Below are positions 56,064 to 64,000 of a stretch of DNA of 64,000 bases, piece after piece (position 1 is the stretch's first letter; every line of letters starts with the position of its first letter). Made by a program: the position numbers and the translations under genes. Source of the stretch: a virus (Duplodnaviria; Heunggongvirae; Uroviricota; Caudoviricetes); IMG/VR virus record IMGVR_UViG_3300042360_000330; one strand, written 5' to 3'. The notes below the pieces were generated by a model that did no database searches, was not told the DNA's origin, and saw only the letters and a list, made by a program, of their open reading frames with translations.

Positions 56064-56363
56064 ATGAGTGAAAAAATTAACAGCGACTGTTTATTCCGCC
56101 TTGAGGCGAAAGGTGAAGACATTAGTGCTTCAGTTGAAGGTAAAGCTAGAGATATAGCAGAATTACTTGCTAACGCAGCTATAAATTCAGAAGAAATAAA
56201 CATGGTTTTAAAATTTGCTATGTTAATGTTGGCTCAACATGAAATGAACCAAGACGAAGACGAAGACGAAGACCGAATCAGCGAAGAAAGATTCCAAGCT
56301 GGTAAAGAAGCTGCTGTTGACTTAGCTCAGGCATTATTCCCTCTTAAAATGGAGGAAGCATAA
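56064..56363 (+). CDS. acidic hypothetical protein
   Basis: 99 aa; NQDEDEDEDRISEE. Confidence 0.45.
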   Translation: MSEKINSDCLFRLEAKGEDISASVEGKARDIAELLANAAINSEEINMVLKFAMLMLAQHEMNQDEDEDEDRISEERFQAGKEAAVDLAQALFPLKMEEA

Positions 56364-56399
56364 GATTTCTCATTATTTATTGTTTTTAATTAGTGAATT

Positions 56400-56425
56400 G
56401 ACTCATCAGAAATGGTGAGTCTTTT
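56400..56425 (+). terminator. terminator GACTCATC-agaaa-GGTGAGTC + TTTT
   Basis: 8-bp stem including G-U pairs, T-run. Confidence 0.5.
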
Positions 56426-56437
56426 CTATTTATCATC

Positions 56438-56656
56438 ATGAAAAAGTTTATATTATATTTGATCACATGGGTAGCAGGCAATCTGTCTATTCCATTCTGG
56501 ATGGTAGGGCACGTCCACCTGACAACTAATGTGTATGAGGACATACATGAGATAATTGCCTCATTCGGGATGAACATTATAGTGGCCCTTGGGTTCTGGC
56601 TAGAATGGAAAAACTACGATGCGGCTACTAAGCCAAATAACGATAAAGACAATTAA
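56438..56656 (+). CDS. small membrane protein
   Basis: 72 aa, two TM helices. Confidence 0.45.
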   Translation: MKKFILYLITWVAGNLSIPFWMVGHVHLTTNVYEDIHEIIASFGMNIIVALGFWLEWKNYDAATKPNNDKDN

Positions 56657-56712
56657 ATAATACTTGGTTATACGGTTTATAGTTTGTAATTTTATAGCAT
56701 AATTTAAAACAA

Positions 56713-56889
56713 CAAATAAAATGAGCACATTAAAATTTACAGACGGAGAAACATTTGATTTATCAGGTGAATTAAGAGCCGAAGAGCGTTATGATGGATG
56801 GTACGTGTTAGGTGAAAACCGAATGATACCTGTTAACGACGAGTTTGATGCTTTAAACACAATAGATAAACTTAACGCCCTTAAATAAG
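56713..56889 (+). CDS. small hypothetical protein (58 aa)
   Basis: ATG 14 nt after promoter box 56684..56711; below ORF-track cutoff. Confidence 0.35.
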
Positions 56890-57075
56890 ATGAATAAGTT
56901 ACTACTTAGATATAAAAATGAAAACAACAAGCAAGTAGACGTTGTAATGGATCCCAGAGAGCTATCCCATATGGAGTTTATTAAGGGGAACAGAACGTTA
57001 TATAAGGTATATGATGCTGAAGATGAGTTTAATGTTGAATTAGAACGTCTAACTAAATTAAGTAACAGTAATTAA
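56890..57075 (+). CDS. small hypothetical protein
   Basis: 61 aa ORF. Confidence 0.35.
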   Translation: MNKLLLRYKNENNKQVDVVMDPRELSHMEFIKGNRTLYKVYDAEDEFNVELERLTKLSNSN

Positions 57076-57145
57076 AAGTAGACGTGTATACGCTACTTAC
57101 CGTTCGTAATTTTATAGCATAGTTTAACAATTAAAAACATATAAA

Positions 57146-57331
57146 ATGAAAACATTAGACATCTTAATTAAAGTATTATTAGTTACCTTAATGTTATTAA
57201 GTGTAATACGAATGTTCTTCTACCCTAGTACATTAGAACATTTTGCAATGTGTTGGTTCTTGCTTATGGCATCTGGTGTTGGTGCATTAGCTTACTACAA
57301 ACAAAGCACCAAATGGAACCTAAACAAATAA
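57146..57331 (+). CDS. small membrane protein
   Basis: 61 aa, TM helices; promoter box upstream. Confidence 0.4.
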   Translation: MKTLDILIKVLLVTLMLLSVIRMFFYPSTLEHFAMCWFLLMASGVGALAYYKQSTKWNLNK

Positions 57332-57499
57332 AAGCAATGAATACGATAACACAGACGATAGAGCAAGATGGATTCAGCTGGTTCGAATATAATACAGGAT
57401 CGATCACATTAATCGAATTTTCATTGAGTGAGCTAGTAAAGCGTATAGTAGCCATTAACCCGACGCTAAATTAAGCATGTACGGTAGATACTAAACAAA

Positions 57500-57800
57500 C
57501 AACAACAACTAACATGAGGCGGCCAAAAGGTCGCCTTCCTTAATCTAAATGCATGTGTGCGCGCGCGTGACAAAAAAAGCGGGCAGGGCTCTGGCTTCAG
57601 GCGGGTCTGGCGTGTGTGACAAAAAAGAACACTCTCCTTCAATCTATCGATCCGCTAGCGCTGCGCGCGCGGAGCGACAGCGAAGTGGGCCCACGGTAAT
57701 TGCGGTCCATCGACGATGCGACAAAAACGCGCCCGAAGGCCCCGGCTTTACAACAAGACAACAAAATTCACCCCGCGCCCCCCGTATATACAAATATATT
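57500..57800. other. GC-rich non-coding island (about 60 percent GC) with alternating-GC tracts and G(T/C)GACAAAAA direct repeats
   Basis: gtgtgcgcgcgcgtgac, cgctagcgctgcgcgcgcgg, gggcccacgg; repeats at 57569, 57617, 57718; predicted ORF here is Arg/Ala-rich artefact. Confidence 0.5.
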
Positions 57801-58082
57801 GCAAAATCCATTATAACCCATTCGATATAAAATCCAAGACCCCGAAATCTCTCTCTTTAACGATCTTTTATCCCTTTCAAAGCGTATATACGAGAGGTTG
57901 GAGACAGGAAAAAACATTCGTATATTTAGACTTAAATTAAAAAGTTATGGTAATATACATGGAAAAAACCATTGAATTATTAGGTAAACTAGACCCCAAG
58001 GGAACCCAGGCCTTAATCGACTCAGGTGAAGTTAAATACTTAGAAGAAAAAACTGCTTATTTAGTAATTAAAGATAAAGAAG

Positions 58083-59087
58083 ATGAGTAAAATTGAAGAA
58101 TTAAAACAGCACAATCCTTATTACGGAAAATCAGCCATCGATATAATGCATTGGCTTTTTGATAAACCCAAATACGTCGAGCTAGCCGTTTCATTGTTTA
58201 AAAACGCAGAAAACGCGCGTACTTACCATAATGATGTTATTGAGATATTAGCAGATTGGGAAATACCTCAGGAAAAAATAGATGCTCTATCTATCTACGA
58301 ATTACACTTTATATACGTTTTCTTAGATTCAGTAGGTAGAGAAAATATTACTAATCTACTTAAATTTGCCGAATATAACGAGCGAAAATTAATTGTTCGA
58401 AATGATATTTCCACGTATAAGAATTTTGATGAATTGGAGAATCAAATAAATCTAGCAGAGATAAAAATAATGGGTAAAGAATTACAATCCCAAACCCAAA
58501 TCCTACATGATACGGATGAATGGTTGGTTTTAAAACCATTATCATTCGAAGCATCTTTAAAATATGGTGCCTCTACTAAGTGGTGTACCGCCATGAAGAA
58601 TGACCCCGAGTATTTTATTCGTTATTCTAAACGTGGAATTGTGATTTATTGTATAAATCGCTCCACGGGTGAAAAAATAGCCGCATTTAAGAATCTTAAT
58701 ACTGATTATGAGTATGAAACATCATTCTGGGATGCTAAAGATATTCGTGTAGATTCTATGGATACTAATCTTCCTGAACGTATTTTAATTCTTATACGTA
58801 GTGAGTTTACTAATACTAAATTAACTAATTGGGAATTATTTTCAGATGAATATAAAGCTCAGTATCTTTCAAATACAACTATGACAACAAATACATGGCA
58901 TGATGAACCAAACGTAGCACCAAATCAGGGTGGTTTAGGATTAGCCATTCGTAACGCTATTACGTATGATGAAGACATTAATGTTGAAGAATTAGTAGAA
59001 AGGCAAATGGAAGAACGAGTAGTAGCTTGTAATACTGCTCCACCCCCATTTATGGGTGACATGGTTGAACAAGCTTGGAGAGACTAA
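58083..59087 (+). CDS. hypothetical protein
   Basis: 334 aa ORF; no recognisable motif. Confidence 0.5.
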   Translation: MSKIEELKQHNPYYGKSAIDIMHWLFDKPKYVELAVSLFKNAENARTYHNDVIEILADWEIPQEKIDALSIYELHFIYVFLDSVGRENITNLLKFAEYNERKLIVRNDISTYKNFDELENQINLAEIKIMGKELQSQTQILHDTDEWLVLKPLSFEASLKYGASTKWCTAMKNDPEYFIRYSKRGIVIYCINRSTGEKIAAFKNLNTDYEYETSFWDAKDIRVDSMDTNLPERILILIRSEFTNTKLTNWELFSDEYKAQYLSNTTMTTNTWHDEPNVAPNQGGLGLAIRNAITYDEDINVEELVERQMEERVVACNTAPPPFMGDMVEQAWRD

Positions 59088-59091
59088 TAGT

Positions 59092-59565
59092 ATGGGAGAA
59101 TTTAAACACATAACATTAGACGAAGCTAAATCGGATTATTATCCTAAACCCGAAGGAGTAAATTGTTTTTACTCTGATGCTTATACTTTAACACCTGATC
59201 CTAATGATCCAACTAATGATTATGTACATTATTGGGTAAAGAATAATAAATTTAATGCTTCCTTATCATTTAACGAAGGATACATTTATATTTTGGAGAA
59301 TAAAGGTCAACCTGGTGTGTTGAAAATTGGATATACGGATAGGACGCCACAGGAGAGAGTCCGAGAGATTAACGGGGCAACAGGTGTTATAACACCTTGG
59401 TACATAGTTAACGCATTCGCATGTAGAGCGCCTTTACAAATTGAATCTTTGATACATAAGAAACTTAAACCATTTCATGTTAATAAAGAAGGATTTGCTG
59501 TAACTATACCCTATGCTGAGGAAACAATTGCTGGTGTTATTTCCGATAATAATGCAAGTATTTAG
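59092..59565 (+). CDS. T5orf172/MUG113-type GIY-YIG-like domain protein
   Basis: Start at ATG 59092 (MGEFKH...); GYIYILENKGQPGVLKIGYTDRTPQERVREINGATGVITPWYIV matches the T5orf172 domain pattern. Confidence 0.6.
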   Translation: MGEFKHITLDEAKSDYYPKPEGVNCFYSDAYTLTPDPNDPTNDYVHYWVKNNKFNASLSFNEGYIYILENKGQPGVLKIGYTDRTPQERVREINGATGVITPWYIVNAFACRAPLQIESLIHKKLKPFHVNKEGFAVTIPYAEETIAGVISDNNASI

Positions 59566-59605
59566 TAATACTAATATATTTATACCTAAATTAATACAAC
59601 CACAC

Positions 59606-59869
59606 ATGGCTGAATATTTATTACAAGACAAAGACAAAGCAGCATTTATTAATAAAATGAATAAAGTATTATCTCAATTACAACCAGGATTGGGTGTGGA
59701 TAATACTAGTTTTGTTGATGTACCTGAAAATAAAGATGATGATAAATGCATTTTTGTAACAGGTGATCCTGTAGAGGAGAAAGTGTTAGATCAACTTATT
59801 GATCAAAAGACTTTTAATTTTAGAGTTAAGAAAATTAGTTTAAAAGAAATATTACAATCAATAAAATAA
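59606..59869 (+). CDS. small hypothetical protein
   Basis: Internal ATG (MAEYLLQDK...) of ORF 59513..59869 after upstream stop. Confidence 0.4.
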   Translation: MAEYLLQDKDKAAFINKMNKVLSQLQPGLGVDNTSFVDVPENKDDDKCIFVTGDPVEEKVLDQLIDQKTFNFRVKKISLKEILQSIK

Positions 59870-59875
59870 ATAACA

Positions 59876-60472
59876 ATGAAAAAACAATTTATTACAGAGG
59901 CAGCTCGCCTTCAAAAACTAGCAGGTATTATCAATGAATCTCAATATAGAGAATTGAGTGAAAACCCCGATTTAAAGAAATATGATGGGCCAACTAAAAT
60001 TTTTAATGGTATACCTCATACATGGTTAGGTAATGGATATTTCCCCTCAGACCAAGGAGGTATAGATGCATTAAAAGCTTCATTTGTACAAAGTGAAAAG
60101 GATAAAGTTGATAAAATACTTAAACAACAATTAGCAGGTAAAAGAGGAATTAAAGATAACAGTAAAGTAAAATATTTTATAGCTAATCCTAATTATGATC
60201 CTGCTCAGGATGATTATGATACTGATAATGATGACCATAAATATGAGATTAACATACAAGGTATAGTAGATGCTATAAAAAAATATGCTGCTCAAAACAA
60301 TTTAAAAATTAATCCTGAGAGTTTAGCATATTATATAGAGGGTCTTGAAGGTTTTGGTTATGATTATGGTTCTGGGGATTTTGGAGACTTTGAAAGAATG
60401 GGAGGGTATAATAGAGAATTAACTCCTATGGAATTATATAGCGAATTTTTGTCTATTACTTATGATCTTTAA
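59876..60472 (+). CDS. hypothetical protein
   Basis: 198 aa ORF followed by strong terminator. Confidence 0.5.
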   Translation: MKKQFITEAARLQKLAGIINESQYRELSENPDLKKYDGPTKIFNGIPHTWLGNGYFPSDQGGIDALKASFVQSEKDKVDKILKQQLAGKRGIKDNSKVKYFIANPNYDPAQDDYDTDNDDHKYEINIQGIVDAIKKYAAQNNLKINPESLAYYIEGLEGFGYDYGSGDFGDFERMGGYNRELTPMELYSEFLSITYDL

Positions 60473-60504
60473 TCTTAAAAATTAATTAAATCTTAAAAAT
60501 ATGA

Positions 60505-60531
60505 CCCGCCCCTAAAAAGGCGGGTTTTTTT
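60505..60531 (+). terminator. rho-independent terminator CCCGCC-cctaaaaa-GGCGGG + T7
   Basis: 6-bp GC stem, ttttttt tail. Confidence 0.75.
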
Positions 60532-60655
60532 GTCCTTCACCATCTTATATATATGTATCTATTGATAGCGGTATGAAATGCATTACTTTTAAAGAAAACT
60601 TGGCTACCGCCTTCCCCATTCGTATAATACATTATAACTATAAAATTTAAACAAG

Positions 60656-60841
60656 ATGAAATACAAAACACAAGCCCTTAAGAAAATTGAGAAAATTGAG
60701 CACAAAGTTGCTGCTTTAGAAAGTGCTATTAGCCGTAATGAAGACAGAAGTGTTATCGCTGGTGCCTTTAGAGACATGAGAGAAGCTGTAGCAAGTTTAA
60801 GAGATACTATCTCTATTGAAAACGACGAAATGAATTATTAA
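60656..60841 (+). CDS. small hypothetical protein
   Basis: 61 aa coiled-coil ORF. Confidence 0.4.
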   Translation: MKYKTQALKKIEKIEHKVAALESAISRNEDRSVIAGAFRDMREAVASLRDTISIENDEMNY

Positions 60842-60842
60842 T

Positions 60843-61124
60843 ATGACAACATTTGTAATTATTTTAATTAGTATCGTCCTTATTTTAGGATATATTTCTT
60901 ACAATTTATTTAAAAAAGTTGAACAATTAGAAAGGATAGTAGATTCTCAAGAACAATACATATCTAAATTTTCTAATACAGTAGATTTTACTAATAAACG
61001 ATTAGGAGAAATTGATGAAAAAGGAACATTTCAATCCGATGACGAAATAGGATGGTTTTTTGAGAGTGTAAAGACATTACAGAGTGAATTAGATGATTTT
61101 AATTTGAATGGAGTTAGAAGATAA
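60843..61124 (+). CDS. small membrane-anchored protein
   Basis: 93 aa; N-terminal TM helix. Confidence 0.45.
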   Translation: MTTFVIILISIVLILGYISYNLFKKVEQLERIVDSQEQYISKFSNTVDFTNKRLGEIDEKGTFQSDDEIGWFFESVKTLQSELDDFNLNGVRR

Positions 61125-61863
61125 TGTAATAACGGTCGAGCTTACCAAGTCTGGTAAGCCCCGTAAACGTAAACCCAAAACATCTCACACATACTTTACT
61201 GAAGACACTCAGAATGCTATTGTAGAATATGTAGCATCTCAGGATCAAAAATTTAGAGATAAAGTTTATCGTGAACGTATTGAGTATGGATTTTTTAAAT
61301 TGACTCAAAACATCATTCACACTTTTAAATTTTACTATACTGATGGTGAATCTGTTGAAGATGTACAACAAGAAGTAATTGCTTTTTTACTTGAAAAACT
61401 TAAATTATACAAACCTGCTAAAGGTAAGGCATATTCCTATTTTGGAACTATAGCTAAACGTTATTTAATTTTAAAGAATAAGAAAAACTATCAAAAACTT
61501 CAAGATAAAGGAGATTTATTAGAGATTGAAGAAGATAAAACTATACGAGAAGAAATAATAAATGACCATTATGGACAAGACTATAGTGTAAGTGAATTTA
61601 TGTCTTTATATACTCGTTATGTAGATAAAAATCTTCATAAATTGTTTCCTAAAGAAATAGATGCTAAAACAGCAGATGCCGTAGTTGAATTATTCCGTAA
61701 ATGTGAATCATTGGATATATTTAACAAAAAAGCATTATACATCTATATTCGTGAAATGATAGACGTAGATACTCCTCAAATTACTAAAATTATTAAAAAA
61801 TTAAAAGTTATATACATTGATTTATATAATAGATATTATGAAGATAATTACATCAATGTGTAA
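61108..61863 (+). CDS. hypothetical protein (weak resemblance to sigma-factor region 2; possible transcription regulator)
   Basis: 251 aa; ...EVIAFLLEKLKLYKPAKGKAYSYFGTIAKRYLI... Confidence 0.4.
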   Translation: MELEDNVITVELTKSGKPRKRKPKTSHTYFTEDTQNAIVEYVASQDQKFRDKVYRERIEYGFFKLTQNIIHTFKFYYTDGESVEDVQQEVIAFLLEKLKLYKPAKGKAYSYFGTIAKRYLILKNKKNYQKLQDKGDLLEIEEDKTIREEIINDHYGQDYSVSEFMSLYTRYVDKNLHKLFPKEIDAKTADAVVELFRKCESLDIFNKKALYIYIREMIDVDTPQITKIIKKLKVIYIDLYNRYYEDNYINV

Positions 61864-61902
61864 TTTTTGTTAATTTTTATATTTATAATAAAATAAATTT
61901 AT

Positions 61903-62259
61903 ATGGATTTTGATAAAACTATATGGGGTAATAAAAAATTCTCCGATTTGTTAAAAGATATTTATGCCAATTCTAAAGAAAAGGAAAAACAAATCAAAGA
62001 ATTAATAGGTACTCTAAAACCATTTATTACAGATAACCATTCTGCTCTTACTATAGTTCCATTAATTGCAAATTACCTTAACATTAGTGTTAAGAATGAT
62101 GAGCAACTAATTAAATTAGCTAGTATAGTTCAACGTGCTGCTTCTTTAGGTGAAGGAGATAGCATTGGTGGTTTTATATTAAGTGAAGCCGAAAAAGAAC
62201 AACTATTTTCCGCCGTAAATGAAATAGGAAATGAAGTAGAAGGACCTTCTAAAGAATAA
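61903..62259 (+). CDS. hypothetical protein
   Basis: 118 aa ORF. Confidence 0.45.
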   Translation: MDFDKTIWGNKKFSDLLKDIYANSKEKEKQIKELIGTLKPFITDNHSALTIVPLIANYLNISVKNDEQLIKLASIVQRAASLGEGDSIGGFILSEAEKEQLFSAVNEIGNEVEGPSKE

Positions 62260-62262
62260 AAC

Positions 62263-63465
62263 ATGACTAGAGTTAGAACAGGATTATCTAATATTACAGC
62301 CAATATGGGCTTTAATAATTATACTGCTCCCCAAGGATACAAAGTAGGGAAAGTATATGCGGTTATATTAGATGAACAAAGTGTTCCTCAACAAGTATGG
62401 ATTAATAATGGAGGATGGGCTGGTGTCGGTACTATTTTATATGCTGAATATAGAGAAGATACTGAATTACCATTAGAATCACTAAGTGATTCTCAATTAA
62501 TTGATTTACCTACCGCCTTACCATTATATCCTAACCAAAAATATTTTCCTTTACCTGGAGAAATTGTCATGTTGATGGATTTACCATCGGCACCTTCTCC
62601 TATTACTAATAAAACTGAGGAAAGTTATTACGTAAGTGTTATTAATGCGTGGAATAGTCCCCAATTTAATGGTTTATTTTTAAATGAAGATAAAGACGTA
62701 TTATATAATTCATTCAATCAAAACTCAGATTTTAGAGGATTACAAACATTTGAAGGAGATTATTTATTAGAAGGTAGATTTGGAAATTCTATTCGTTTTG
62801 GTAGTACTAATAGAGCAGGAAGTCAAGATTTATCTCCATGGTCTACTAATCCTAATGAATTAGAAAACAATCCTATTACATTATTAACTAATCAACATAA
62901 TTCAAAATTACCTAATTCTGATTTATATGTTGAAAATATTAATAAAGATGGTGCGTCTGTTTATTTAACTTCAAATCAATCTATACCTTTAGATACAGGA
63001 AATGTAGTATTAAGTAATATTACTAACCCGATTAATGTTAAAGATTTTACAAACCCGCAAGTAATAATAAATGCTGATCGAACTATTATATCATCTAAAT
63101 CAGATGAAGTATTAATATTTGGTAAGACTGGAGTAGAAGCTTATTCTCAAGGACCTATTTATCTGCAAAGTAACAAAGTAGGGATTGTATTACAAGATAA
63201 TCAAGTATTTTTAGGACCATATACTAATAGTAATATTACTCCGCAACCATTAATATTAGGATGTTCATTAAATGTATGGTTATCCGATTTAATATTAACG
63301 TTAAGTGATTTTTCATCCAATCTAGCTAACACAGTATCGCAACCCGAAGGTACCCCATTAATGACTATAAACGATGCTACTATTACTCTTCAAGATAAAT
63401 TAGAAGTATTAAATAAAACATTACTTAATGAAAGTTTACTTTCAAAAACTACTAATACAATATAA
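62263..63465 (+). CDS. hypothetical protein (possible virion structural protein)
   Basis: 400 aa, Asn/Ser/Thr-rich. Confidence 0.45.
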   Translation: MTRVRTGLSNITANMGFNNYTAPQGYKVGKVYAVILDEQSVPQQVWINNGGWAGVGTILYAEYREDTELPLESLSDSQLIDLPTALPLYPNQKYFPLPGEIVMLMDLPSAPSPITNKTEESYYVSVINAWNSPQFNGLFLNEDKDVLYNSFNQNSDFRGLQTFEGDYLLEGRFGNSIRFGSTNRAGSQDLSPWSTNPNELENNPITLLTNQHNSKLPNSDLYVENINKDGASVYLTSNQSIPLDTGNVVLSNITNPINVKDFTNPQVIINADRTIISSKSDEVLIFGKTGVEAYSQGPIYLQSNKVGIVLQDNQVFLGPYTNSNITPQPLILGCSLNVWLSDLILTLSDFSSNLANTVSQPEGTPLMTINDATITLQDKLEVLNKTLLNESLLSKTTNTI

Positions 63466-64000
63466 TGGCTGAAGTTACTAACCAGGATAAAATAAAAGCA
63501 GCTAAAAAATCACTTGATGAATCTAAAAAATTATATCAAGATGCTGAGAGACAATATGCTAAAGCCGAAGCACTTTATAATAAAGCTAAAGTACAAGCTA
63601 ATGCTATTAAATCTTTAGTACCCTCTGCTCCCTCCCTTAATGTAAGCTCACCAGAAGCTATTGCTGCCTTAGGTACTGCTGCTATAACCGCATTAGCTGC
63701 TAATATAACACCTGAACAACGAGCAAAAACTATTAATGATAGAAAGGAAGCTCTTAGAAAATTAGAAAGAAAAGCAGAACAAGAATTAGAAAAAGCTAAA
63801 GCTGCTATTGCGGGTGCTCAAAAACGTATTGAAGTACTTCAAGAACAAATTGGAGTATTAACAACACAACGCTCATTAAAAGAAAAAAAAGACAAACAAC
63901 AAATTAAAGATAAAGTTAAAGTAGCAAAAGATACTAAAAAAATAAAAACAAATAAAGCTAAAATTAAAAAAGCCTTAACACAAATAATAAAATCATCAGG
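63466..64000 (+). CDS. coiled-coil protein, C-terminus beyond window (partial)
   Basis: ATG 63466 right after upstream stop; Ala/Lys/Glu-rich heptad-like sequence; runs off window end. Confidence 0.45.

Noticed and set aside
54826-57604. Shared 13-mer CTCTGGCTTCAGG between the two GC-rich patches as evidence of a mobile element
   Set aside because: A single short shared word. Chance matches of this length are expected in 64 kb. Noted only as a weak link.
57549-57940. ORFs 57549-57830 and 57716-57940 in the GC-rich island
   Set aside because: Arg/Ala/Pro-rich translation of alternating-GC DNA. No promoter box or conserved start context. Interpreted as non-coding.
1-64000. CRISPR array, integrase/att site, reverse transcriptase or DGR, toxin-antitoxin pairs
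   Set aside because: No regularly spaced direct repeats with unique spacers. No tyrosine or serine recombinase motifs. No RT (YxDD) motifs. No lysogeny module found.

Overview
The window reads as part of a large, AT-rich double-stranded DNA phage genome, probably infecting a Bacteroidetes/Flavobacteriia-type host. Every convincing gene is on the + strand and the genes are tightly packed, often with overlapping stop and start codons. A conserved promoter-like box (TTCGTA-N-TTTA, resembling the Bacteroidetes TAnnTTTG -7 element) and an A-rich AAAGGTTATG start context recur between genes. A similar unidirectional layout occurs in large eukaryotic viruses, so the phage assignment rests mainly on the promoter and terminator style.

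Four blocks stand out:
- 1-26000: a nucleotide-sugar and glycan synthesis cluster. It holds a carbamoyltransferase, TylF-like and FkbM-like methyltransferases, several GT4 and GT2 glycosyltransferases, GDP-mannose 4,6-dehydratase, GDP-fucose synthase, a DegT-family 3-dehydratase with His replacing the active-site Lys, and an RmlD-like reductase. A replication and chaperone module interrupts it: family B DNA polymerase, a putative sliding clamp, Hsp20, GroES, GroEL, an RFC-like clamp loader and a Cas4-like nuclease.
- 28558-32838: an array of about 28 tRNA genes. It includes Leu-anticodon tRNAs with short variable arms, several tRNA-like elements I could not fold, two embedded HNH endonucleases and a roughly 300-nt structured non-coding stretch. 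A split T4-Pnkp/Rnl2-like tRNA repair module (metallophosphatase, P-loop kinase, Rnl2-type RNA ligase) follows immediately, and two nucleotidyltransferase (CCA-adding-like) genes lie further downstream.
- 35000-52000: many small hypothetical ORFs. Recognisable genes are thymidylate synthase, an ATP-dependent DNA ligase, a second metallophosphatase, an SPFH/prohibitin protein among small membrane proteins, and repeated terminator-promoter cassettes.
- 53000-58000: a low-coding regulatory region. It carries AACGTACGACGG iterons flanking the gene for a small basic repeat protein, which makes it a putative origin with its binding protein. GC-rich islands sit in this otherwise roughly 30 % GC genome, including an alternating-GC, Z-DNA-prone 57480-57800 segment and a GC-rich foreign-looking ORF.

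No CRISPR array, integrase or reverse transcriptase was seen.
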